Numbered from the stretch's first letter, positions 21,955 through 32,156 are shown. The stretch: DNA of 64,000 nt from Thermodesulfobacteriota bacterium (GCA_965216785.1 OZ244197.1:128001-192000), one strand, 5' to 3'. Made by a program: numbers and translations. Notes: generated by a model not told the origin, from the letters alone.

Positions 21955-22428
21955 CTATAGTTTTTTTGACGATATTAGATTTCTATTTACTCCCAGAAAA
22001 TTAATCCCGCCGAAAAGCCTTCCGTGCTCTATTTTAACACAGCGGTTCATAACTACCTCAAGTCCAGCTTGCCGCGCTCTTTCGGCAGCTTCCTCATTTA
22101 TAACTCCAAGCTGCATCCATACGACTTTGGCACCGATTGTAATGGCGTCCTCAACGATCGGCGGAACATCCTGAGGTCGCCTGAAAATATCCACGATATC
22201 GACAGGTCCCGGAATATCAAGGAGACTAGGGTAGCATATTTCACCCAATATTTCCTTATATGAAGGATTTACCGGGATAATTTTATAACCGAATCCCTTC
22301 ATATATTTCGCAGCGAAGCGGCTGGGTCTATTCCAGTTGTTCGAAAGCCCTACGACCGCAATAGTCTTATTCTGTTTTAATATACGCCTGATCGTGTTGT
22401 CGTCATATGAAACTTTGTCACCCATCAC
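21955..22428 (-). CDS. CoA-binding protein (YccU-like)
   Basis: TIAVVGLS, IIPVNP, VDIVDIFR and VWMQLG motifs. Confidence 0.9.
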   Translation of the reverse strand: MMGDKVSYDDNTIRRILKQNKTIAVVGLSNNWNRPSRFAAKYMKGFGYKIIPVNPSYKEILGEICYPSLLDIPGPVDIVDIFRRPQDVPPIVEDAITIGAKVVWMQLGVINEEAAERARQAGLEVVMNRCVKIEHGRLFGGINFLGVNRNLISSKKL

Positions 22429-22500
22429 TATAATTTACCCCAGATGCCGCTTTAACTGCAATACTCATTGACTTTAGAGGGCGCTTTACCTATTCTTGAA

Positions 22501-23877
22501 ATGGTCATGGAAGCTGCCTATAAAGATTACAGGGAGAAGCAGCCGTTCTTCCCGCCGGGCCCGAAGGGGCTGCCTTTTGCGGGCTCAATGTTTGACTACT
22601 TCAAGGATATGCTCGGGTTCCTGATAAGAGTAAAAGAGGAATACGGGGATATAGCCTATTACAAGCTCGGCGCTAGAAAGATGTACTTACTCAGTAACCC
22701 TGAGCACATTAAAGACGTGCTGATTACCCATAACCGTAATTTTACAAAAAGCAGAGCTCTTCAGAGGGCAAAAATTGTGCTCGGAGAGGGGCTTCTGACA
22801 AACGAAGGCGCTTCTCACATTAAACAGAGAAGAATTATTCAGCCTATTTTTCATCATAAGAGAATACGCGGTTACGGGGATACGATGGCCGAGTACACGC
22901 GTCTGCGGACAGAGCGATGGGAAAACGGAGAGGTGCTGGACGTGCATAAAGAGATGATGCGTCTAACGCTCACGATAGTCGCGAAAACCCTTTTCGACGC
23001 AGACGTAGAGTCTGAGTCAGAGGAGATAGGGAAGTCGCTAACAAACCTGGTAACCCTGTTTCCGAGGCTTTTGTTCCCCTACTCGGAGTATCTGGATAAG
23101 CTGCCTCTTCCTGGGAATAAAAGATGTAACGACGCAATCGAACACCTGGATAAGATAATCTACGCAATGATAGAGGAGAGACGCAGCAAAAGCAATAGGC
23201 GAGAAGACCTTCTTACCATGCTGCTTGAAGCTCAGGACGAAGGCAGCGATGGCTCTACCATGAGTAATAAGCAGCTAAGGGATGAGGCGCTTACGTTATT
23301 TCTGGCGGGACAGGAAAGCACGGCGAACTCTCTTACATGGACTTTTTATCTCATTGCTCAGAACCCAGAAGTAGAAAACAGGGTGCATGAAGAGCTCGTA
23401 AGCGTTTTAAACGGCAGGCCCCCTTGTCTTGATAACATTGGCAAACTCTCATATACACAGAAAGTTTTTAAGGAGGCTCTCAGGCTATATCCACCCGCTT
23501 GGGCAGTCGCCAGAAGAGCGATAGAGGACTATACGGTCGGAGGGTACTTCGTGCCGGCAGGGACAGACGTATTTATGAGTCAATTTGTCGTGCACAGGGA
23601 CCCAAGGTTCTATAAGGAGCCCCTAAGGTTCGATCCGGACAGATGGACCCAGGATTTTGAGTCCTCTCTTCCTAAATTCGCCTATTTCCCCTTCGGAGGA
23701 GGGCCGAGGCGGTGTATTGGAGAGCCGTTTGCGTGGATGGAAGGGGTGATAATAATAGCCGCAGTAATGGCCGATTGGAAAATGCGGCTTGTGCCCAATC
23801 AGAAAATCGTACCTGACGCGCTTATAACGATACGTCCTAAGAACGGGATGAAGATGATAGTTGAAAAAAGGGCATGA
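22501..23877 (+). CDS. Cytochrome P450
   Basis: PPGP, AGQEST I-helix, EALR (ExxR) and [10 protein letters not shown] heme motif; TTG 22468 is more likely the -35 box than the start. Confidence 0.95.
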   Translation: MVMEAAYKDYREKQPFFPPGPKGLPFAGSMFDYFKDMLGFLIRVKEEYGDIAYYKLGARKMYLLSNPEHIKDVLITHNRNFTKSRALQRAKIVLGEGLLTNEGASHIKQRRIIQPIFHHKRIRGYGDTMAEYTRLRTERWENGEVLDVHKEMMRLTLTIVAKTLFDADVESESEEIGKSLTNLVTLFPRLLFPYSEYLDKLPLPGNKRCNDAIEHLDKIIYAMIEERRSKSNRREDLLTMLLEAQDEGSDGSTMSNKQLRDEALTLFLAGQESTANSLTWTFYLIAQNPEVENRVHEELVSVLNGRPPCLDNIGKLSYTQKVFKEALRLYPPAWAVARRAIEDYTVGGYFVPAGTDVFMSQFVVHRDPRFYKEPLRFDPDRWTQDFESSLPKFAYFPFGGGPRRCIGEPFAWMEGVIIIAAVMADWKMRLVPNQKIVPDALITIRPKNGMKMIVEKRA

Positions 23878-24690
23878 CTACTTCCTGTTTTCATCCATAT
23901 AGCTAAAGTATTCAATCAGGTTATTTAGATCGCTCTCCGAGAGATCGGGGTGATCTGGCATTTGGGTGTAGCGATATTTCGAGGGCTCCTTGATAAGCTC
24001 TTTTATCATAAACTCCGAGCGGTAGGAGACGATGCTCCGGGGCGCGTTTAGGTCGGGGCCGATTTTCCCGCCCTCTCTATTCATAGCGTGGCACCTGACG
24101 CAGCGCCCTTTAAAAATCTCAAACCCCTTATACGCGCCAGAGCTTAAACCCGCACCCTCAGGATATACGAGCGGATAAGCGTCTTTAAAACTTATTAGGC
24201 TCATCTTTGCTAATTGCCAAGGCCAGGGATATTCATTTGCCGTAGTCTGATCCTCTCCGGTCCATACGACATAGAAAGGGCCCGGATAGGCTTTCTTATC
24301 GTCTATTAGCTCCCATCCTTCCTGATCGAGATCCTCAAAGACTACATATCCGCCGGGCTCGTTCAATTTTGAAGTTGCCGTCACACTCTCATAGCCGTCC
24401 AGCGCTATAAACGCCATATCCGTATAGTCAGGGCTCTTCCATTTATCGCCGAAGCCAAGAGTGGCCACATCTGCAAGCGAAAAGCCCCGGTATTTCTTTT
24501 TCTTACCGAAGTTTGGATGGAAAAACTCTATTTCGTAGACTTTGAGATTAGATTTCATTTCAGAGAGGGTCAATTGCTTAACCACTTGATTTGATACCTG
24601 AAAAAGGAGAGATGGGTTTTGCTCTCCGGCCATCCCAATGGGAGTAAATGAGAATATCAGCAGTAAAACCGCAAATAGATAATCTGTCAT
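23878..24690 (-). CDS. Secreted protein with N-terminal oxidoreductase-molybdopterin-like domain and C-terminal monoheme cytochrome c
   Basis: Signal peptide, FIALDGY and GPFYVVW, CVRCH, GPDLN, distal Met in QMP. Confidence 0.75.
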   Translation of the reverse strand: MTDYLFAVLLLIFSFTPIGMAGEQNPSLLFQVSNQVVKQLTLSEMKSNLKVYEIEFFHPNFGKKKKYRGFSLADVATLGFGDKWKSPDYTDMAFIALDGYESVTATSKLNEPGGYVVFEDLDQEGWELIDDKKAYPGPFYVVWTGEDQTTANEYPWPWQLAKMSLISFKDAYPLVYPEGAGLSSGAYKGFEIFKGRCVRCHAMNREGGKIGPDLNAPRSIVSYRSEFMIKELIKEPSKYRYTQMPDHPDLSESDLNNLIEYFSYMDENRK

Positions 24691-24714
24691 TTCTTAAGTT
24701 AATATCCCGGAAAA

Positions 24715-24954
24715 TCAATCAGCCGAATTATTCCCGGTATAGTTGGTAATGTATTCGCTTTGATCTGCGTAACCCGAGTCTCCCGTTAGCCCTGTACCCA
24801 CAGTATTGTTAGAGGATTCTTCGCTTCTGTCGGTGACGCAGTTTTTCACCAAGAGCGCTAACATGATAACTGCGATGATTACGAGAATAAGACTTGCTAT
24901 GTTTTTAGGGTTACGGGGTTTTCGCTTTTCGCCACTTTCACCTGAGTCGGTCAC
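24715..24954 (-). CDS. Small single-TM hypothetical protein
   Basis: GTG start with AGAGG RBS; basic N-terminus followed by hydrophobic helix. Confidence 0.6.
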   Translation of the reverse strand: MTDSGESGEKRKPRNPKNIASLILVIIAVIMLALLVKNCVTDRSEESSNNTVGTGLTGDSGYADQSEYITNYTGNNSAD

Positions 24955-25083
24955 TGATTATCCTCTTTAATTTTTAGCTTGGGAATGAGTATTATATCGG
25001 TATTTGAGAGGAAATAGGAGAGTTTGAATAAAATTAAAACTCCCGCATACTAATTTCTAATAACTGAACTTCAAAGACTAACC

Positions 25084-25848
25084 ATGAAACTTAAAGATAA
25101 GAGAGCGATAATTACGGGGGGCGGGACGGGTATCGGAAAAGCAACGGCGCTCCTGTTCGCAAGAGAAGGCGCGAGTGTAGTAATTACCGGTAGGACCGAA
25201 AAAACACTGGCTGAAGCTGCAGGTGAGGCAAAAAGAGAGAACCTCGAGATAGATTATCTAGTCTCGGACATCACAAATGAAAAAGATTGTAAAGATGCCG
25301 TTGACTATATGGTAGAGAGCTTCGGACGCCTAGACATACTGTTTAATAACGCAGGAGTTTCATACCAAGGCAATACGCATGAAACCGAGACCCAGATGTG
25401 GGATGAGACCTTTGATATTAACATAAAAGGCACTTTCCTTATGTCAAAGCACGCAATCCCTTACATGCTCGAGCAGGGCTACGGCTGCATAGTGAATAAC
25501 TCATCCATACTTGGGCTCAAGGCATCTACAGCCGGGTTTGCCGCCTATGCGGCGTCCAAAGGAGCCGTGAACCAGCTAACACGCAGTATGGCGCTCGAGT
25601 ACGCTGACAAAGGAATACGTGTGAACTGTATCTGCCCCGGAACTATCTACACACCGATGATGGACGAGCTGTTCGAAAAGTGGGGTGATAGAGAAATAGC
25701 TGAAAAGCGATTTATCTCTGTACATCCTATTGGAAGGCTGGCCGAGCCTGAAGAAATTGCGCACTCTGTGCTGTTTCTTTGTGACGATAACGTCGGATTT
25801 ATGACCGGGGCCATGATCTCTGTGGACGGGGGTATGAGCGCTAAGTAA
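25084..25848 (+). CDS. SDR family oxidoreductase
   Basis: TGGGTGIG, NNAG and YAASK motifs. Confidence 0.95.
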   Translation: MKLKDKRAIITGGGTGIGKATALLFAREGASVVITGRTEKTLAEAAGEAKRENLEIDYLVSDITNEKDCKDAVDYMVESFGRLDILFNNAGVSYQGNTHETETQMWDETFDINIKGTFLMSKHAIPYMLEQGYGCIVNNSSILGLKASTAGFAAYAASKGAVNQLTRSMALEYADKGIRVNCICPGTIYTPMMDELFEKWGDREIAEKRFISVHPIGRLAEPEEIAHSVLFLCDDNVGFMTGAMISVDGGMSAK

Positions 25849-25944
25849 CATTTAGGCTGCCTAACTAATTTATTACTTCTTTCTCTTTATTTATACTACT
25901 TAACCCGGTATGTTTTTTTGAAAAAAAGAAGGGGGATACATAAA

Positions 25945-26757
25945 ATGAACGAGAAGGATATAGGAGTTGATTACTCTGTACTTCACCAGATAGACAGCCC
26001 TGCGAACAGGCTGATAAGGGATTCGATTTGGGGGAAAGAAAATGACATCGGTCAGCAGTCTTTTATAACGCCGCGCTATCTGGACGCGCTTATCGAAAGG
26101 TGCGGTATTAATGAGAACACTTACCTTTATGACGTAGGCACCGGAGTGGGCGGCCCCGCAATATATATAGCCAACAAGACCGGGTGCAGAGTTGCCGGCG
26201 TTGACGTGGCAGAAGTCGGGATTGAGATGGCGGAGAAGCTCGCAAAAGCCTCTAACCTTAGGAGCAGAACAGAGTTTCATCTGACAGACGCTATGAACAC
26301 GCCTTTTGAGGAGGATACGTTTGACGTAGCCATGAGCTTAAACGTGATGAACGTTTTTGAGGACAAGGTCGGTCTCTTTAAAGAGGTCCTTAGAGTACTT
26401 AAGCCCGGAGGTATTTGGGCTTTTCTGAGCGGAACGTTCGATATGCCGGACGACCCGGAAGTAAAAAGGAAAATGGCGCGGGGTTATCTGATACCTCAGT
26501 ACTACGATTCACTCCCCTCGTACCGCCGCATGCTGAAAGAAGCTGGGTTTGAGGTTGAGGAGATAATCGAGTATGTCTCTGACTTTAGGGTACAGAACAA
26601 GAAATGGGGCGACGCCTATAAAAAGCACTATGACATAATTTCTGAGGAACAGGGAAAAGAGAACACCGATTATCACATTGAGTATTTCGATACATACCTG
26701 AGCCTGATTGACGTGGGCAAAGCCGCAAATCATCTGTTAATATCGAGAAAGCCCTAG
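25945..26757 (+). CDS. Class I SAM-dependent methyltransferase
   Basis: DVGTGVGG motif I and RVLKPGG; start placed at ATG 25945 after GGGGGA RBS. Confidence 0.88.
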   Translation: MNEKDIGVDYSVLHQIDSPANRLIRDSIWGKENDIGQQSFITPRYLDALIERCGINENTYLYDVGTGVGGPAIYIANKTGCRVAGVDVAEVGIEMAEKLAKASNLRSRTEFHLTDAMNTPFEEDTFDVAMSLNVMNVFEDKVGLFKEVLRVLKPGGIWAFLSGTFDMPDDPEVKRKMARGYLIPQYYDSLPSYRRMLKEAGFEVEEIIEYVSDFRVQNKKWGDAYKKHYDIISEEQGKENTDYHIEYFDTYLSLIDVGKAANHLLISRKP

Positions 26758-26945
26758 AGCACAGGGAACGGTTCTGTTCTTAATACAACTGTCGATTTCT
26801 TAACCAGATAGAGCACTGAAAGTAAGACTATCGTATTAATACTTTAGTTTTATGTAATCTCAAAACTTCAACCTTTTTTAGTGTGGGAAATTAAATCTTG
26901 ATAAGGTAATGTAGAATCGACTAATATAATAAGCAGAGGACGAAA

Positions 26946-27026
26946 ATGAAAAAAAGTTATGGATATTCTGACTTAGCTTTGTTTACGATAATAATTGCCG
27001 GAATAGTCCTCTTTTTGTTTTCATAA
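26946..27026 (+). CDS. Putative 26-aa membrane peptide (MKKSYGYSDLALFTIIIAGIVLFLFS)
   Basis: GAGGA RBS, upstream TATAAT at 26925, hydrophobic helix, downstream terminator; below ORF-track cutoff. Confidence 0.45.
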   Translation: MKKSYGYSDLALFTIIIAGIVLFLFS

Positions 27027-27071
27027 AATTTGTAATATCAGCTTAACTACATCTTGCCTTTTGCTTCTCTT

Positions 27072-27112
27072 AACCCTCCTACTTCCTCCTCAGGATTTAG
27101 GAGGGTTTTTTT
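27072..27112 (+). terminator. Intrinsic terminator hairpin
   Basis: AACCCTCCTA/TAGGAGGGTT inverted repeat with inner TCCT/AGGA stem, then T-tract; between convergent genes. Confidence 0.7.
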
Positions 27113-27668
27113 ATGTTTCTGTTAGCCAATCATCCCTGAGCATAGAGTAAACTACGTGGTCTACAAAATGATCGTACAGCCATTCTGCCTGACGCAGAAC
27201 TCCCTCCTCTTTAAACCCGAGCCTCTCGGGTACAGCGCGGCTTTTGGAATTGACGGGCGCGCATCTTATCTCCACCCGGTTAAACCCCATATTGTTAAAC
27301 GCGTAATCCGTGAGGCCGCGGCAGGCCCTGGTGATGAGCCCACTGCCCTGATATGTCTCACCCAGCCAGTACCCGATGTGCGTAGAGCGGTTTAGCCAGT
27401 CAATGCGGTGAAGGCTGATGATACCGGCTATTGCGCTCTCGGTGCAGACTGCCAGGTTCATAGATAAGTTATCACTGTATTGCTTTCTTGAGAGCTTGAT
27501 GAAATCCACGGTGTTTTGAAGGTATTGATTGTTGTCAAGCCATGGAAGCCACTTACGTAGATACTGCCTATTGGAATCGATAAGTTCGAATAATTCCCCG
27601 GCGCGGCTCTCGTCAAGAGAGCTGAGCTCCAGAACCTCGTCTATTTTCAGCTCGAATTCGTCGTACAT
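27111..27668 (-). CDS. GNAT N-acetyltransferase, RimL/RimJ family
   Basis: YLRKWLPW, IGYWLG and NSKSRAVPERLGF motifs. Confidence 0.9.
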   Translation of the reverse strand: MYDEFELKIDEVLELSSLDESRAGELFELIDSNRQYLRKWLPWLDNNQYLQNTVDFIKLSRKQYSDNLSMNLAVCTESAIAGIISLHRIDWLNRSTHIGYWLGETYQGSGLITRACRGLTDYAFNNMGFNRVEIRCAPVNSKSRAVPERLGFKEEGVLRQAEWLYDHFVDHVVYSMLRDDWLTET

Positions 27669-27678
27669 AATACTTCCA

Positions 27679-28353
27679 TCAACTCGCTTGAGTGGGCGCT
27701 TGAAAAGGATTGTCGGTGCTTACGCTTACGCCTGATTGAGAATATAGTTTTCTGTATACATGAATTGACGCCATAAGAGTAATAGGGAATGCGACTAAAT
27801 AACCAACAAAGATGAGAAGCATTCCGATCAGGAGTATTAGCCCAATTAACATATCAAACAGGAAAAGACGCCACTTTATGCCATTTGTAATCTCAGAGCT
27901 CATGTTAAAGGCCGGAACAATATCCATACCCTTATCCACAACCAGGTAGAGAACGAACTGGTATTTAACCATGAAGTAGAAGCCCGGAACTATAAATAGT
28001 ATCAACCCTGCAGCGACAATAAGAAAATACAGCACATTAGCGAGCAGGAACTTAAAAAATAGCGGGAGGGAAAGTGTCAATATATCCTGCAAATCTCCTC
28101 TGTCGCCTTCATATATATTTAGAGCGACCCTAATGAAAACGATGTTCATAAACACACTGAACAGCGCAGAGCCGATGTTAAAAATTAAGGAAAGACTTGG
28201 AAGCTTCTCTTCGAATAAGCTTGCAAAAGTGCTGAAGAAAAAGCTTATCAAAAACACTATCAATATGAGTACGATGAAAAAACCGAGGTTCTCCGTCATT
28301 TTCTTCCATCCGTAGCTGATCGCCTCATCTATTGAAAACATCTTTTCGTTCAT
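27679..28353 (-). CDS. Integral membrane protein (DUF975-like)
   Basis: Several TM helices; GLILFIVPG and S.EITNG.KW pattern. Confidence 0.65.
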   Translation of the reverse strand: MNEKMFSIDEAISYGWKKMTENLGFFIVLILIVFLISFFFSTFASLFEEKLPSLSLIFNIGSALFSVFMNIVFIRVALNIYEGDRGDLQDILTLSLPLFFKFLLANVLYFLIVAAGLILFIVPGFYFMVKYQFVLYLVVDKGMDIVPAFNMSSEITNGIKWRLFLFDMLIGLILLIGMLLIFVGYLVAFPITLMASIHVYRKLYSQSGVSVSTDNPFQAPTQAS

Positions 28354-28370
28354 GTGAGTTCTCCTATGAC

Positions 28371-29132
28371 TTACTTGGGCTTGTGTGCTGAAAAGAATAT
28401 ACGGTTATAGGGATAAAAAACCGGAGAGCCCGGGTATGACGATTTAAGCTTATCACCAATATCTGCCAGGAACTGTTCATGAAGCTCCGCGGGAAGGCGC
28501 TCAAGATAGGGCAAAATGGCTGTGCTCGAAAGCCAATCCAGCACCGCGTATGAGTCCGGGAGCACATGCGGATATATCTTTTCGAATACGACTAAGTCCT
28601 CTGCCCCACAGTCATATAAAAGCTCTGCATATTCCCTGATGGTAAGTACAGAATAATTTCTCGTCCACCCTTCTAAAGCCGAAGTATAGGGCTCCTCCAT
28701 ACCAGTCTCTAGAATGAAGCTCTGTGTTGGGTGGTTATGGTTTGAGGGAAGCTGTACAGCCAGCTGACCGCCCGGGCGGATGTGAGAAAAGAGTTTGGGA
28801 ATAAGCTCTCTGTGCTCAGGGACCCACTGGATTGCCGCGTTTGAGAAAATTAAGTCCCAATCATCCTCTATATCCGTAATGGAACGGAGCTCGAAACTTA
28901 GTCCGGGACATGATTTGTCCCTTGCCTGCTCAAGCATTTGTGGTGAAGAGTCTATTCCCAGTATTCGGCTTCCCGGTAGTTTCTCAGAGAGCATTTTCGT
29001 AAGCTCTCCCGTGCCGCAGCCCAGGTCAATAACCGACATCCCATCTTTGACGGTAATTAAATCTGCAAGATTGTAAAAGGGCGCAAAGCGCTCTTCCTGA
29101 AACTTATGATAGAGCTCTGGGTTCCATGACAT
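28371..29132 (-). CDS. tam: Trans-aconitate 2-methyltransferase-like SAM methyltransferase
   Basis: WNPELY..F..ER..P, DLGCGTG, SNAAIQW and GGQLAVQ motifs. Confidence 0.8.
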   Translation of the reverse strand: MSWNPELYHKFQEERFAPFYNLADLITVKDGMSVIDLGCGTGELTKMLSEKLPGSRILGIDSSPQMLEQARDKSCPGLSFELRSITDIEDDWDLIFSNAAIQWVPEHRELIPKLFSHIRPGGQLAVQLPSNHNHPTQSFILETGMEEPYTSALEGWTRNYSVLTIREYAELLYDCGAEDLVVFEKIYPHVLPDSYAVLDWLSSTAILPYLERLPAELHEQFLADIGDKLKSSYPGSPVFYPYNRIFFSAHKPK

Positions 29133-29262
29133 AGGCTGCTCCTGTTTTAAATATCGGGTAAAAATACTTAATACATAATATTATTTCCACTTACGACACA
29201 AAGAAATAATATGTTATGATTCTCTCCCCGTAGAAAGTTTATATATTAATTGGAGAGATTAT

Positions 29263-29649
29263 ATGTCCAGTCTCGTATACATAGCAATCGGCGGCGCTAC
29301 AGGAGCGCTTCTCAGGTATTCAGTGTCGGGTATCACTTACAAGTACTTTGACGGCTTTTTACCATGGGGTACGTTGGCTGTAAATATGATTGGGTGCTTT
29401 GCCATCGGGTTTTTATGGCAGATATTCGAAGTAATCGGGAGCTCACCCAATTCAAGGGCGTTCATTTTTATCGGTATACTGGGGGCCTTTACTACATTCT
29501 CGACATTCGGGCTCGAGAGCTTTAATCTCTTGAGAGAGGGACAAGTGGGTTATGCGCTTATAAACATTGTGCTGAGTAACGCGCTTGGTTTGGGACTGGT
29601 ATTTGCCGGGTTTATATTATCAAGATACATGATGAGCCTAATTAGATAG
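29263..29649 (+). CDS. crcB: Fluoride efflux channel CrcB/Fluc
   Basis: GGATGALLRY, PWGTLAVN and GAFTTFSTF motifs. Confidence 0.95.
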   Translation: MSSLVYIAIGGATGALLRYSVSGITYKYFDGFLPWGTLAVNMIGCFAIGFLWQIFEVIGSSPNSRAFIFIGILGAFTTFSTFGLESFNLLREGQVGYALINIVLSNALGLGLVFAGFILSRYMMSLIR

Positions 29650-29658
29650 GAGAGTGTT

Positions 29659-29991
29659 ATGAAAACTCGGGAAGAGGGGATGCTGCTTAGAATATTTATC
29701 GGTGAGACGGACAGGGCACAAGGAAAAGCGCTGTATGAGCAGATTGTGCTTAAAGCCAAAGAGCTACACCTGGCTTCAGTAAGTGTTACAAGGGGTATTA
29801 TGGGCTATGGAGCAGACAGTGAAATACACACTGCTAAAATACTGAGGCTTTCAGACGATCTGCCGGTTATAGTCGAGATTATAGACACGGAGGAAAACCT
29901 GGAAACGATACTTCCCTACCTGGAAGAGTGGATCGAGGACGGATTCGCAACCTTGGAAAAAGTTAGGGTTATTCAATATGGTAAGAGATGA
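29659..29991 (+). CDS. DUF190 family PII-like protein
   Basis: LLRIFIGE, RGIMGYG and LSDDLPVIVEIID; typical crcB partner. Confidence 0.9.
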   Translation: MKTREEGMLLRIFIGETDRAQGKALYEQIVLKAKELHLASVSVTRGIMGYGADSEIHTAKILRLSDDLPVIVEIIDTEENLETILPYLEEWIEDGFATLEKVRVIQYGKR

Positions 29992-30073
29992 TCTCTTGCA
30001 AGGGATTATCTTGAAGGGGCATTCCAACTAATTTAAACTATCTGTGCAAGTAATATTAAGCTGAGGGAAATAA

Positions 30074-30517
30074 ATGAAGATAGCGGTCGGGAGTGACGAG
30101 CGTACGCATCTGACTGATTTTGTAATCGATGAGCTTGAAAAAAGAGGCATAGATATTGAGCTTCATGGACCTCTTAACGGTGAGGATATTGAATGGACGG
30201 ACGTCGCCGAAAGGGTGTCTGAAAGGGTAAGGGACGGGGAGTGCGAGCAGGGAATACTGTTCTGCTGGACGGGGACTGGGGTTAGCATAGCGGCAAACAA
30301 GGTGCCGGGCGTCAGAGCGGCCCTTTGCGTGGACGCGAAAACGGCTGAGGGCGCAAGGAAATGGAACGACGCGAACGTGCTCGCGATGAGCCTGCGGATG
30401 ACTTCGCCAACGCTTGCGGCTGAGATAATCGAAGCCTGGCTAAGCGCCGAGCCCGAAGAAGAGGAGCTTGAGAACATCGAGAAAGTAGGAAAGATCGAGA
30501 AAAAATACAACAGGTAG
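30074..30517 (+). CDS. rpiB: RpiB/LacA/LacB family sugar-phosphate isomerase
   Basis: MKIAVGSD, CWTGTGVSIAANKVPGVRAA and NDANVL motifs. Confidence 0.88.
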   Translation: MKIAVGSDERTHLTDFVIDELEKRGIDIELHGPLNGEDIEWTDVAERVSERVRDGECEQGILFCWTGTGVSIAANKVPGVRAALCVDAKTAEGARKWNDANVLAMSLRMTSPTLAAEIIEAWLSAEPEEEELENIEKVGKIEKKYNR

Positions 30518-30543
30518 TAACGAAACAATAATTGGAGACAGAA

Positions 30544-31566
30544 ATGAAAAGCGAAGGTTACAACGTCGCAGTTGTAGGCGCCACAGGGGCGGTTGGACAG
30601 GAAATGATAGACATACTCTCGGAAAGAGACTTCCCAGTAAAAGAGTTAAGACCCCTTGCGTCTGAAAGATCGGCCGGGAAGAAAATTAAGTTCGGCGGAG
30701 AAAATATCGAAGTACAAAAGCTGGACGAGAACTCGTTTGAAGGAATAGACATTGCGCTCTTTTCGGCAGGCGGCGGGAGAAGCAGGGAATTTGCCCCCTT
30801 AGCAGTGGAAGCGGGAGCGGTGGTAATAGATAACAGCTCGGCTTTCAGGATGGATGAGGACGTGCCGCTGGTAGTTCCGGAGATTAATCCCGAGGCTATG
30901 GAGGGATACAGGAAAAAGGGGATAATCGCTAACCCTAACTGTACAACTGCCGTAACTATAATGGCGCTAAAGCCTCTTCACGACATAGGGAAAATTAAAA
31001 GAGTGGTTGCAGCGAGCTATCAGGCGGTTTCCGGCGCAGGGGCTCAAGCGATAGAGGAGCTGCGCTCGCAGACTCTTGCATGGGCGAATAATGAGAGCAT
31101 AGAGGCAAGCGCTTTTCCTCACCAGATAGCGTTTAACCTACTGCCGCATATAGACAGCTTTATGGAAAACGGTTATACGAAAGAGGAGATGAAGCTTCAT
31201 AACGAAACGCGGAAGATACTCTCTGATGATAAGATCGCGCTTACCGCAACGACGGTAAGGGTGCCTGTTTTCAGGGCGCACTCCGTAGCTGTGAACATTG
31301 AGACGGAGAAGAATATATCGATTACAGAGGCAAAAGAGGCGCTCGACAGATTTCCGGGTGTCAGGGTTGAGGATGAGCCTCAGAATCTCAAATATCCCAT
31401 GCCGATCGACGTTTCAGGGAAGGATGATTGTATAGTCGGGAGAATAAGAGAGGATTATACTGTCCCTTCAGGACTGAGTTTTTGGGTAGTGGGCGATCAG
31501 CTTAGAAAAGGGGCTGCGCTTAATGCGGTGCAAATTGCCGAGTTATTGGCAGAGGAGTATATCTGA
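30544..31566 (+). CDS. asd: Aspartate-semialdehyde dehydrogenase
   Basis: VGATGAVG, IDNSSAFRM, ANPNCTT and DQLRKGAALNAVQ motifs. Confidence 0.97.
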   Translation: MKSEGYNVAVVGATGAVGQEMIDILSERDFPVKELRPLASERSAGKKIKFGGENIEVQKLDENSFEGIDIALFSAGGGRSREFAPLAVEAGAVVIDNSSAFRMDEDVPLVVPEINPEAMEGYRKKGIIANPNCTTAVTIMALKPLHDIGKIKRVVAASYQAVSGAGAQAIEELRSQTLAWANNESIEASAFPHQIAFNLLPHIDSFMENGYTKEEMKLHNETRKILSDDKIALTATTVRVPVFRAHSVAVNIETEKNISITEAKEALDRFPGVRVEDEPQNLKYPMPIDVSGKDDCIVGRIREDYTVPSGLSFWVVGDQLRKGAALNAVQIAELLAEEYI

Positions 31567-32114
31567 TGGCGCTAGGAAGTGTGATAAAGACTCTTGTAAA
31601 TAACCTTGTTACTCGTAATTACACCGAGATTCCGGAGAGGATTCAAACGGGACTCGATAAATACTTAAACGATAACGAGGAGATATTGTTAACACTCCTT
31701 AATTACCGCGCGATCTATAAAGCGCCCAGGTGGCTCGATAGCAATACGTTTTTTAACTCCTGGTTCGTACTGACTAATAGCAGAATAATAATCGCCCGGA
31801 ACTCTTCTCACTTTAAAAGATTCCGCGATATCCCGCTTAACGAGATAACCCAGATTTTTTATGAGCTTGAAGAAGACGAAGGCAGGATTTCGATAACCTG
31901 TCCGGGGAAAGAAGATATTATTGAATTTTCTAAGGGTACGTCCCCTTATTTTGAGAGCCTGGAAAAACAGCTAATCCATGCTCATGAGAACGCAAAGGAA
32001 TTAAAGAGGTCTGATGTAGAAACAGAATCAATACTATGCACCAAATGCGGAAGTAAAATAGACAGTGAAAGTAAATTCTGTCCTGAATGTGGAGCCCGCG
32101 TAGGCGGTTTTTAA
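31566..32114 (+). CDS. Bacterial PH-like domain protein with C-terminal zinc ribbon
   Basis: VLTNSRII PH-like motif; CTKC...CPECG; start overlaps asd stop. Confidence 0.7.
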   Translation: MALGSVIKTLVNNLVTRNYTEIPERIQTGLDKYLNDNEEILLTLLNYRAIYKAPRWLDSNTFFNSWFVLTNSRIIIARNSSHFKRFRDIPLNEITQIFYELEEDEGRISITCPGKEDIIEFSKGTSPYFESLEKQLIHAHENAKELKRSDVETESILCTKCGSKIDSESKFCPECGARVGGF

Positions 32115-32156
32115 CAAATACATATTCAAGTTAGTAAATTTGAAGGAGATTGACTT

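Noticed and set aside
21929-22467. SAM riboswitch upstream of metY-metX
   Set aside because: Intergenic gaps are too short and show no S-box consensus.
29133-29262. Fluoride riboswitch upstream of crcB
   Set aside because: Conserved GATG...TAATGA core not visible.
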